Shown: positions 1 to 7,863, counted from the stretch's first letter. The stretch: DNA of 12,483 nt from an uncultured Fibrobacterales bacterium (GCA_963934255.1 CAWVXU010000077.1:1-12483); one strand, 5' to 3'. The notes: generated by a model from the sequence alone, not told the origin. Translations and numbers: made by a program.

Positions 1-2
1 AA

Positions 3-1229
3 ATCACAGGTGATGTCATTAACTTAGTTGACGGTTCAGTGACTACAGTCAAACTTGCCGCCGATGCTGTGACCAACGCACAACTCGCCGACAACGCTGT
101 CCAAACTGAAAACATTCTTGACGGAACAATCGGTACCGCCGACATCGCCGCCTTAAATATCACCACTGCATTAATCGCAGCTGATGCAATCAATAACACC
201 AAACTCGCCGATAACTCGGTCAATACCGAGAACATCACCAACGGAACCATCGGTACTTTAGACATCGCCAATGACGCAATCACAACGGCCAAAATCGCCG
301 CCGGAACGATTGTGGCCGCCGACATCGCATCTGAAACAATCACGACCACTCAAATCTTAGACGGAACCATCGCTGCTGTTGATATTGCAACAAGTGCAGT
401 GACCACAACTGAGATACTAGACGCCACTATCGTGGCAGCTGACCTTGCAGTAGGGGCAGTCAATTCAACTGCTATACTTGATGGAACTATTGTCGCCGCC
501 GATATCGCTGCCAGCTCAGTGACAACGACACAAATATTAGATGCAACCATCGTAGAGACTGATCTGGCCGCAGGTGCAATCACCAGTGCCAAAATAGCCA
601 CGAGTGCAGTGACCACAACTCAAATAGCTGATGGAACCATCGTCACAGCGGATATTGCAGCGCAAGGTGTAGCAAACGCCAACCTTGCAGCTAACGCAGT
701 AACAAGTGTAAAAATAGCCGACGGCACAATTGTCGCCGCTGACATTGCCACAAGTGCAGTCACCACAACCCAAATTCTCGACGCCACTGTCGCTGAAGTG
801 GATCTAGATATTATCACAGCCTCAGGAGCCGGAACCGATGGTTATGTATTAACGTGGGATAACGTAGCGGGTAAAATGGACTGGGTTGCACCAGTTTCAT
901 TAACAAAAACCTTGACTATTGAAGCACCTATAGCAGGTGATGACATTACAATGTTTAGAACGGGTGCAGCAATTACAATTGTTGAAGTTGCTGCTATAAG
1001 TATAGGAACATCCCCAAGTACAACTTATGTATTAAGACATTCTACAGATAGAAGTTCTACTGGAACTTTAGTAACAACATCGGCTGCTACTACTAGTGTA
1101 ACTACTGGGGATGTTGCAACATTAAGTGATACCACTGTTCCTGCCAATTCATGGGTTTGGTTTGAGGCAAGTGCTGCTACTGGAACCGATGTAACTCTAT
1201 CAGTCTACATCAGATATACGGAGAATTAG
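3..1229 (+). CDS. 5'-truncated fibre/adhesin-like protein: decapeptide-repeat shaft, GTDGYVLTWD linker motif and ~105-aa Thr/Ser-rich C-terminal domain
   Basis: The frame is open from position 3 (ITGDVINLVDGSVTT...), so the GTG at 39 is probably internal. The protein has 26 consecutive 10-aa repeats, then GTDGYVLTWDNVAGKMDW and a non-repetitive domain ending at TAG 1227-1229. The product is inferred from architecture only. Confidence 0.75.
   Translation: MTGDVINLVDGSVTTVKLAADAVTNAQLADNAVQTENILDGTIGTADIAALNITTALIAADAINNTKLADNSVNTENITNGTIGTLDIANDAITTAKIAAGTIVAADIASETITTTQILDGTIAAVDIATSAVTTTEILDATIVAADLAVGAVNSTAILDGTIVAADIAASSVTTTQILDATIVETDLAAGAITSAKIATSAVTTTQIADGTIVTADIAAQGVANANLAANAVTSVKIADGTIVAADIATSAVTTTQILDATVAEVDLDIITASGAGTDGYVLTWDNVAGKMDWVAPVSLTKTLTIEAPIAGDDITMFRTGAAITIVEVAAISIGTSPSTTYVLRHSTDRSSTGTLVTTSAATTSVTTGDVATLSDTTVPANSWVWFEASAATGTDVTLSVYIRYTEN
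30..809 (+). repeat. Coding tandem repeat, 26 x 30 bp (10 aa), degenerate, often alternating DGTIVAADIA-type and TSAVTTTQIL-type units
   Basis: Units start every 30 nt from 30 to 780 with no indels, e.g. DGSVTTVKLA, ADAVTNAQLA, DNAVQTENIL, DGTIGTADIA ... DGTIVAADIA, TSAVTTTQIL, DATVAEVDLD. Position 4 is always V/I and position 9 always I/L. A 60-bp periodicity is visible in the DNA (acggaaccatcg...gacatcgc). Confidence 0.9.
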
Positions 1230-1373
1230 ATGGCTAGTGCAAGTGCAATCACAATAGATACCCATCTGTTTGCTACAACGGGTCAACGGACTTTCAGATA
1301 TACAGATAATGGAACAATTGTCCATATAGATGCACACTATTTTATTAGTGCAGAAATAAATTTTGTACGATAG
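1230..1373 (+). CDS. Putative 47-aa small protein MASASAITIDTHLFATTGQRTFRYTDNGTIVHIDAHYFISAEINFVR (below the ORF-track cutoff)
   Basis: ATG 1230-1232 directly follows the upstream TAG in the same frame. GGAG lies at 1220-1223. The ORF ends at TAG 1371-1373, one base before the next ATG (1375), so it fills the intergenic gap exactly. Confidence 0.45.
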   Translation: MASASAITIDTHLFATTGQRTFRYTDNGTIVHIDAHYFISAEINFVR

Positions 1374-1374
1374 G

Positions 1375-2466
1375 ATGTTTAAAATCAAAGCCTTCACAGT
1401 AGTCATTCTTTTGTTCTTAACCGCATGCTCATCAATCGATCGCATATTTGAAGAGCCCCTGGATGCCAAACCCCCATCTAATATTACGCTCCTCGAACAA
1501 AATAGCATATTCCTCAAGGCAAGTTTCACATGGGAGTCCAATAGCTATAATGCCAAACAGCGTTTATATTTTAAAAAATTGCGAGCTGAGGATTGGTCAA
1601 TAACATCCAACCCAGAACTAGACTATGGTGAAGCCAAATGGTTAGACACTAATTCTACTTACTTAGTATTTGCCAGAAATTTCAATAAAGACAACCACTA
1701 TAAAGATACCGACACCATTGAAATAAAAACGATTAAACCTGTGTTTCTAATATCATTGGGTAATACTAAAATTGATATTGGAAGACAAGAAGGGGAGGCT
1801 GATGAACGCCCTGTCTGGTCAGATACTATACCTAAACTTTTTGTTTCTACAACGGAGACACCTCAGTTACTTTGGAAAGAGTTTTCTTCAATTGATAAAT
1901 TATATACATGTGACTCCTGTCCAGCCAATAGAGTCAGTTGGTTCGAAGCTATTTTATTCGCAAATGAAATTTCAAAATTTTACGGACTCGATAGCGTCTA
2001 TACCTATACAGAAATAAAATACAGTGAGACCGATGATATTATACTTGAAAGTATCGAGTTCCTAGATTCCAAAATCGGATTTAGATTACCTCTAGAAAGC
2101 GAATGGGAATATTTTGCAGAAGGTAACGCAGGTAATGTCATCTGGAGTGATTCAAATGAGTTATCTAAAGAAGCAATATGGAACACAACTGAAGTTAATA
2201 AAGTAGCAAGTAAAGAAAGTAACTCACTCGGGCTATATGATATCTATGGTAATGTTTGGGAGTGGGTGTTTGATGGACACAACGATTACCCCAATTATCC
2301 TGTCGATAGATATTACTCAAGAAATCCAGAATTTAAAGTCCAAAGAGGTGCCAGTTTTCGAGAATCACAAATCAACTATTTCTCTTCAACAAATAGAGCA
2401 TTCCTAGTCCCAACCTATAGTAATGTAACCTCTGGCTTTAGGCTGGTGATTAATAATCCACTTTAA
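1375..2466 (+). CDS. Lipoprotein with an FN3-like N-terminal region and a C-terminal FGE-sulfatase (SUMF1/EgtB/PvdO-family, C-type-lectin fold) domain
   Basis: ATG 1375 gives signal peptide MFKIKAFTVVILLFLTA-C with a lipobox (the track starts at TTG 1363). Family motifs: DERP, TETPQ, CPANRVSW, FRLPLESEWEYFA, NSLGLYDIYGNVWEWV, RGASF, GFRLV. The FN3-like call (PPSNITL...FTW...TNSTYLVFARN) is tentative. Confidence 0.85.
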   Translation: MFKIKAFTVVILLFLTACSSIDRIFEEPLDAKPPSNITLLEQNSIFLKASFTWESNSYNAKQRLYFKKLRAEDWSITSNPELDYGEAKWLDTNSTYLVFARNFNKDNHYKDTDTIEIKTIKPVFLISLGNTKIDIGRQEGEADERPVWSDTIPKLFVSTTETPQLLWKEFSSIDKLYTCDSCPANRVSWFEAILFANEISKFYGLDSVYTYTEIKYSETDDIILESIEFLDSKIGFRLPLESEWEYFAEGNAGNVIWSDSNELSKEAIWNTTEVNKVASKESNSLGLYDIYGNVWEWVFDGHNDYPNYPVDRYYSRNPEFKVQRGASFRESQINYFSSTNRAFLVPTYSNVTSGFRLVINNPL

Positions 2467-2526
2467 ATGAAATTTAGAAAATTCAAACTCATTCATTCTC
2501 TTTACAAAACAAACTCAAGCTAAATC

Positions 2527-2560
2527 AAAAAAAAGGACCATCACAAAAGTGACAGTCCTT
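2527..2560 (-). terminator. Intrinsic terminator downstream of gpmI
   Basis: The minus strand reads AAGGACTGTCAC-TTTT-GTGATGGTCCTT-TTTTTT: a 12-bp stem with two G-U pairs, a 4-nt loop and a U-tract, about 40 nt after the gpmI stop. Confidence 0.8.
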
Positions 2561-2602
2561 GAATTGTTAAATAGAACCTAGCTTGTTCAAACTGAAAACA
2601 AA

Positions 2603-4258
2603 CTATTTTACAACCAACATAGATTGATCCCATTTTTCATGAGGAACAAATCCAAGTAATTCAGTTACAGTCGAAGCAATATTAGAAAGACCATGCTTGT
2701 TGTCAGTCAGCCCCAAGTTCTTATGCTCTGTTGCATTAAACATATGAAAAGGAACAAGATTCAATGTATGTGAAGTTTTTGCTTTAAAAGTTCCATCTTC
2801 TTTTTGTTTAGGAGCCTTTGTTTTCTTATCAATTTCAAACATCTCATCGGCATTTCCATGATCAGCAGTCACCATACAGATACCTTGAGCTTTAGTTACA
2901 GCTTTAAGTATACGAGCTAGACAAAGGTCAACGGCTTCAACTGCAATAATAGCGGCCTCCATGTTTCCAGTATGACCGACCATATCGCCATTGGCAAGAT
3001 TGATACGCAAGAATTGGAATTCATTTGATTGAATAGCTGATATAAGCTCATCAGTAATCTCAGCAGCTTTCATCCAAGGACGTTGCTCAAAAGGAATCAC
3101 ATCTGATGGGACCTGAACAAAAGTTTCTAATTCTTCAGAGAATTTCTCAGTACGATTACCATTCCAGAAATAAGTGACATGACCATACTTTTGAGTTTCA
3201 GAACAAGCAAAGGATTTGACACCTGATTTAACTAAATGTTCACCAAGAGTATCTTTAATAGCAGGAGGAGTCACTAAGAAACGTTTAGGAAGCTGAAGAT
3301 CACCGTCATACTGAAGCATTCCAGCATATACCACCTTGGGGTATCTCACACGTTCAAACATAGTGAAGTCTTCGTCTACAAATGCTTTGGTAATTTCAAT
3401 CGCACGATCACCACGGAAATTAAAGAATACAACCGAATCACCATCTACTATGGTACCGATAGGAACACCATTTTCAGCAATAACAAAAGGGGGCAGATCT
3501 TGGTCAATCGTCTCAGGGTTTTGTTTGCGAAGTTCAATCACAGCTTCAGTAGCAGAAGAGAATTGTGGTCCTTCACCGAGAACGTGAGTCTTCCAACCCA
3601 GATCAACAAGTGCCCAGTTAGCATCATAGCGATCCATAGTCATTGATTGACGACCACCACCAGAGGCAATTCGTACATCAAATGAATCATCACAAAGGTT
3701 ATGAGCAAAAGCTTCAAAAGGTCTAGTGTATTCTAAAGCAGAAGTCTCAGGAACATCGCGACCATCAATTAGAGCGTGAACACGAACTGTTTTAATCCCA
3801 TCAGCTTTAGCTTGAATAATTAACGCTTTTAGGTGATCTATATGTGAGTGTACATTACCATCAGAAAAAAGCCCCATAAGGTGTAAAGTAGAGGATTTGG
3901 CATTATCAGAAATTTCTTTCCAAGCCTGACCCGCAAAAAGGGATTTATTGTCAATTGCATTGGCGACAAGCTTAGCGCCTTGAGAATAAACTTGGCCAGA
4001 GCCAAGAGCATTATGTCCGACTTCTGAATTACCCATATCACCATCACTAGGCATACCTACAGCAATACCATGTGCAGCAAGAGCAATAGTAGGGGAGTTC
4101 TTTGCTAGAGAATCAAGTACAGGAGTTCTAGCAGATTTTACTGCATTGCCAACATGATTCTCACAAATGCCCACACCATCCATGACAACGATGACTACTG
4201 GACCTTGAATACCCTTAAAAGTTGAATTTTTTCGAAGCATACCAATCTCACTTTCCAT
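2603..4258 (-). CDS. gpmI: 2,3-bisphosphoglycerate-independent phosphoglycerate mutase (iPGM)
   Basis: Motifs VVMDGVG, MGNSEVGH (catalytic Ser), SDGNVHSH, DGRDV, MDRY, FNFRGDRA, ETQKYGHVTYFWNG, NGDMVGHTG, TADHGNADEM, TSHT. The true start may be the second ATG at 4240. Confidence 0.96.
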   Translation of the reverse strand: MESEIGMLRKNSTFKGIQGPVVIVVMDGVGICENHVGNAVKSARTPVLDSLAKNSPTIALAAHGIAVGMPSDGDMGNSEVGHNALGSGQVYSQGAKLVANAIDNKSLFAGQAWKEISDNAKSSTLHLMGLFSDGNVHSHIDHLKALIIQAKADGIKTVRVHALIDGRDVPETSALEYTRPFEAFAHNLCDDSFDVRIASGGGRQSMTMDRYDANWALVDLGWKTHVLGEGPQFSSATEAVIELRKQNPETIDQDLPPFVIAENGVPIGTIVDGDSVVFFNFRGDRAIEITKAFVDEDFTMFERVRYPKVVYAGMLQYDGDLQLPKRFLVTPPAIKDTLGEHLVKSGVKSFACSETQKYGHVTYFWNGNRTEKFSEELETFVQVPSDVIPFEQRPWMKAAEITDELISAIQSNEFQFLRINLANGDMVGHTGNMEAAIIAVEAVDLCLARILKAVTKAQGICMVTADHGNADEMFEIDKKTKAPKQKEDGTFKAKTSHTLNLVPFHMFNATEHKNLGLTDNKHGLSNIASTVTELLGFVPHEKWDQSMLVVK

Positions 4259-4297
4259 TTTTACCTAAATGTAATAAATGGAAATATCAATATAAGC

Positions 4298-4663
4298 CTA
4301 CATGAGATATTTATTGACTACCTCTTGAAGCTGATTGATTTGGATAGGTTTGGATAGGTGATTATTCATACCTGCGTTAAAACATCCATCAATATCTTCG
4401 CCTGAAACAGAAGCAGTTAGTGCAATAATTGGTGTTCTAATTCCCAAGCTTCTGAGCTCTTTTGTTGCCTCATAATCATCATAAATAGGCATTTGGCAAT
4501 CCATTAAAATAAGATCATAATCTACGTCATGAATCTTTTGAATTACTTCTTTACCATTAGTGGCAAAATCAATATTTTCTATACCAATTTTATTTAAAAG
4601 CTTGGCAGCAATAAGCGCATTCAATTTATTGTCTTCGACTATTAGAATTTTGACATTAGACAT
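4298..4663 (-). CDS. CheY-like receiver domain, the detached C-terminus of a hybrid histidine kinase
   Basis: KILIVEDNKLN, NGKE, YDLILMDCQMP (phosphoacceptor Asp), PIIALTA, GMNNHLSKP, all typical of hybrid-kinase receivers. PIYDDYEAT replaces the usual PxxDGxEAT. Confidence 0.8.
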   Translation of the reverse strand: MSNVKILIVEDNKLNALIAAKLLNKIGIENIDFATNGKEVIQKIHDVDYDLILMDCQMPIYDDYEATKELRSLGIRTPIIALTASVSGEDIDGCFNAGMNNHLSKPIQINQLQEVVNKYLM

Positions 4664-4958
4664 GTTTCATTGGCAATTTCAGAGGTATTGTTCTCTATAA
4701 ATTGACCTACTTCATTTGCTCTAGGCTCTATGAAACGAACGTCAAAATAAAAAATAGATCCAGTGTCAATGTTACTGGTTATTTCAAGAGGTGAATCTAA
4801 TACTGAACAATAGTATTGAACAACTTTCAACCCTTGATTGAGATCCGATTGTTCGTATTTATTTTGAGGTTTTAAGCGCAGAATACTTTTTTTATAGATT
4901 GTAACCCCGCATCAATACCTTATCCAGTGTCTTTAATCTCAAAACATACTTTCTCATT
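4298..4958 (-). pseudogene. Hybrid sensor histidine kinase pseudogene (HATPase_c C-terminal half plus receiver)
   Basis: My translation from 4958 gives NEKVCFEIKDTG*GIDAG (G1 box with TAA at 4922-4920). After a frame change near the 7-A run it reads ...DLNQGLKVVQYYCSVLDSPLEITSNIDTGSIFYFDVRF (degenerate G2 box and GSTFYF-like end). A second frame change leads into the receiver. Confidence 0.75.
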
Positions 4959-4989
4959 GTAAGGTTTGATGCGAATTTTGACTGTGTAT

Positions 4990-5574
4990 TTTTTTTAAAT
5001 TGGAAAAACGTCTTTGCCATAAAACAGATTGAATTACTGATTGCCTGGCTGCTTTTAAACCAGAACTCCCATCTGAAATAATCAGCTCAACTTGCTTTAA
5101 GCCAAGCTCACAAAGTGATTCTAAATATTTGCCCAATGTATCTCAGCTTCACTTATTTTGCCCTCGGCATTTAACCCGATAGCTAGACAAGCTGCAAAGG
5201 ATTGAATCATTCCATCTTGTTGTACCTTTTCATATTGAGCATCTAGCCAAATGAATTTATACCTCCTTGTCAGTGGTCGTTTACGAAACTTTACAAACTA
5301 CGAATAGAGTTCCTTGGCCATGTTAGAAAGTATTTCAATTATTCTCGTTGAACAAGCATTAAAGGGTTCATCGTCTACTCGCTGCTTGAATCATGGATTC
5401 GTTGACAGTTTTATGGATCATTTCTTGAATAAATTCGGTCTGAAATCTAGCTAGTTGATTATTTTTCAGTTTGTAGTCTCTTATCTTTTTGTCATTTTTT
5501 AGAAGCTAGAACTACAACTTCATTCCTTTCAAGGGCGGGGGGAGGAGATTTTAGAGAAAGAATTCTACACTCTC
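4990..5574 (-). mobile_element. Decayed IS256-family (Mutator-type) insertion sequence, left portion only
   Basis: Minus-strand fragments: LSNMAKELYS*FVKFRKRPLTRRYKFIWLDAQYEKVQQDGMIQSFAACLAIGLNAEGK-ISEAEIHW, then a frameshift to KYLESLCELGLKQVELIISDGSSGLKAARQSVIQSVLWQRR. These match the IS256 transposase RPL, LDA-YEKV, SEAE-HW, IISD and WQRC motifs, with stops and deletions. Candidate left IR GAGAGTGTAGAATTC starts at 5574. Boundaries are approximate. Confidence 0.85.
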
Positions 5575-5691
5575 AGTAGGTCAGAAAACCCATTTAGTTT
5601 AAAGTGAACCAAGCCTGATATTTTCATAAGTTATCTGTACACTATCTGAAACCTGAATTTGTACATTTATGAAGAATAAGAGGAAAGTTGG

Positions 5692-7863
5692 ATGGTGAAA
5701 CAGTTAAATAAGTTGAAAAATGTATTGTGTATCAACGATAATCACACATCGCACCTTACTCTCTTATGGTCAGTTTTCTTTGTCCATATGATTTTAAGGT
5801 TTGCTGTTCTAGCAAGGGTTGATGCCTTTGGTGTGAACCTTGTTAATAAGTTAGAATGGTATATTTTTCATGCATTTGCGATTGATTTTATATGGATTAG
5901 TTCTTTCACCTTATTCTTCTTCTTAGTAAGTACAAGCTTGAGTCATGTATTTAAAAGTTTCAAAACAGATATACTCTTTTGGATAAGCTTTTTGTTTCAA
6001 ATAATTTTATTACCACTGACTGTCTTAGATCATGAATTTATGCGTTTTATGGGTGGCCATGTCACTAAAAATCTTATAGACACATATGGCAATACAAGTA
6101 GTTCATCACAATTAATTCCCTTGATTCAAGGTGATCAAAGTATTCCATTTTTACCCATTATTCTCATTGCGATTTGTATTCCTCTGGCTTTAGTGTTTTA
6201 TCGTCACTTAGTTGCTAGAGTGACTCTTCGAGTAGGCTTTTGGTTAAAGTTATCAATTATCTGCTTTTGTGTTTTCTGGCTTTATAAAAATGTTTTTTGG
6301 GGTGGTACTTTTAGAGAACGCCGACTGAAACCTGTGTATTCTATTATTTATGATGAAGCCACTCTTAAGAGAGAAATCGTTAGTGAAAAAGAAATACAAA
6401 GGATGGCTAAAGTATTTCAAACTCAATGGAAAACTGTTCAAGCAGATTCAAATTGGCAATTTCCTCATACTAAATTTCCTTTTTTTAAAGTCCCAACGAA
6501 TCAACTTTGTAGTCAACTAATCACTCAATCTCCATCTGATGGCTCTTCTTCTCATATGAAATTGGATAATATTGATAAAGAATTATGGTTAGCTCGTTGT
6601 CAAATAGATGGAGATGAAGATGGGTTTGTTTTAGCCGATGACTGTTCTGATTGGGACAGTAATGTGAACCCAAAAGGTGTGGAAATCCCTACAAATGGGA
6701 TTGATGAAGATTGTTCTGGTATGGATGAATCTCCTCCTAACATCATGATATTTTTACTAGAAAGTCATCGCGCACTTCATACTGGCTTTCTCAAAGAGTG
6801 GGGAGCGACAAGGGATGCTACACCTTTCTTAAATGAATTGATACAAGATTCAAATACCCATTATTGGACACAATTTCATACTTCAGGTTTACCCACTATT
6901 GGGGCTTTTAGTTCGATGCATTTAGGAATATGGGATTATTCAAATGGCCATACAGCTACTTCATTCCCAACTTTAACAAGTCAATCCTTTATAGATGTGA
7001 TGAAGTCCAAAGGTTACCAGACTACTTTCTACAGTGCTGCTGACCCGGCGTGGGACAACAAACCACCATGGCTAAAACGTTGGTATGGTGGTTTTAAATA
7101 TGACCGCAAAACGGAAGAAGATGCGTTGATGTACCAAGCTATCACTGCATGGGTCAAAGATTCTGTTCAAGAACCTTTTGTCTTGGCTTCTCTTACTCAT
7201 ACGAACCACTATCCATTTAATCACGTCGATGGCGTCGCAAGAGAAGATGATGCGACTCCCAATGAAAAAATGACTTCAACTATGATTTATACCGAAGAGT
7301 CATTGAAAAAGATGTTTAATGAAATCAAAGATGAACCTTGGTTTGATCGCACATTATTTGTGCTCATGGCTGATCATGGGTTCTCAACGGGTGAACACGG
7401 AGTAGGTGGGGTCTATGGCGGGCTATATAAAGCAAATACTTGGCTTCCTCTAGTTATAAAAGGCAATCACCCCAAATTAAAAGCAACATTAAGCTCTAAG
7501 AAGAAAGTTTCATCACAGGTAGATCTTGCCCCCACATTCTTGGATCTTTTAGGAATTCAAACTCCTAATCATTTCGTAGGACATAGTTTGTTCGACTCTG
7601 TATCTGATAATAAAAAAGTCTATGTACCTCTTGCTAATCAAGGACTCATTATCGACGAGGATAATAGATACTATTGCCACATGCAAAGAGCAAGAACACA
7701 GGGTGAAGAAGTATTTGAAATTTCGGATATTCATGAAGATACAAACATCAAATCTAGCTTAGAAAGCAGCCACAAACTAAATTGTCAAGAGCTTCAAGAT
7801 GTGGATCGTTTAAATCGAATCTTGCATGAAACTGACCGAGTTAATCCTAAAGATAGCCTGTAA
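5692..7863 (+). CDS. LTA synthase (LtaS)/MdoB-like membrane sulfatase-fold phosphotransferase with an inserted MopE-like putative metal-binding motif
   Basis: About five N-terminal hydrophobic segments are followed by an alkaline-phosphatase-superfamily domain: PNIMIFLLESH, TPFLNEL, GLPT (candidate Thr nucleophile), THTNHYPF, TLFVLMADHG, SQVDLAPTFLDLLG, GHSLF. AGAGG lies upstream of the ATG. Confidence 0.82.
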   Translation: MVKQLNKLKNVLCINDNHTSHLTLLWSVFFVHMILRFAVLARVDAFGVNLVNKLEWYIFHAFAIDFIWISSFTLFFFLVSTSLSHVFKSFKTDILFWISFLFQIILLPLTVLDHEFMRFMGGHVTKNLIDTYGNTSSSSQLIPLIQGDQSIPFLPIILIAICIPLALVFYRHLVARVTLRVGFWLKLSIICFCVFWLYKNVFWGGTFRERRLKPVYSIIYDEATLKREIVSEKEIQRMAKVFQTQWKTVQADSNWQFPHTKFPFFKVPTNQLCSQLITQSPSDGSSSHMKLDNIDKELWLARCQIDGDEDGFVLADDCSDWDSNVNPKGVEIPTNGIDEDCSGMDESPPNIMIFLLESHRALHTGFLKEWGATRDATPFLNELIQDSNTHYWTQFHTSGLPTIGAFSSMHLGIWDYSNGHTATSFPTLTSQSFIDVMKSKGYQTTFYSAADPAWDNKPPWLKRWYGGFKYDRKTEEDALMYQAITAWVKDSVQEPFVLASLTHTNHYPFNHVDGVAREDDATPNEKMTSTMIYTEESLKKMFNEIKDEPWFDRTLFVLMADHGFSTGEHGVGGVYGGLYKANTWLPLVIKGNHPKLKATLSSKKKVSSQVDLAPTFLDLLGIQTPNHFVGHSLFDSVSDNKKVYVPLANQGLIIDEDNRYYCHMQRARTQGEEVFEISDIHEDTNIKSSLESSHKLNCQELQDVDRLNRILHETDRVNPKDSL

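Noticed and set aside
30..809. 30/60-bp periodicity as a possible CRISPR array or non-coding repeat
   Set aside because: Units are contiguous, vary mainly at synonymous positions and keep the reading frame. There is no repeat-spacer structure.
350..817. Three minus-strand ORFs over the repeat region
   Set aside because: Antisense shadows of the repetitive Ala/Thr/Ile/Asp-rich gene, with no independent motifs or RBS.
1200..1541. 113-aa minus-strand ORF, plus other short ORFs nested in larger genes (1772, 2004, 3336, 3838, 6253, 7549, 8249, 8391, 8929 and mirrors)
   Set aside because: All overlap well-supported genes and have no recognisable protein features.
2300..2466. FGE-sulfatase C-terminus as a DGR variable region
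   Set aside because: No second copy with adenine-specific mismatches, no reverse transcriptase and no avd gene in the window.
5533..5547. G-rich run GGGCGGGGGGAGGAG as a G-quadruplex or phase-variable tract
   Set aside because: It is too short for a canonical four-tract G4, lies in the non-coding left end of the IS relic, and has no suitably placed ORF.
5636..5665. Two TGTACA hexamers 24 bp apart upstream of the LtaS-like gene
   Set aside because: They could be an operator but are too short to separate from chance in AT-rich DNA.
1375..7863. FGE-domain protein as the maturase of the sulfatase-fold protein
   Set aside because: The FGE domain lacks the catalytic cysteines, and the sulfatase-fold protein has no C/S-x-P-x-R signature (it is Thr-type, LtaS-like).
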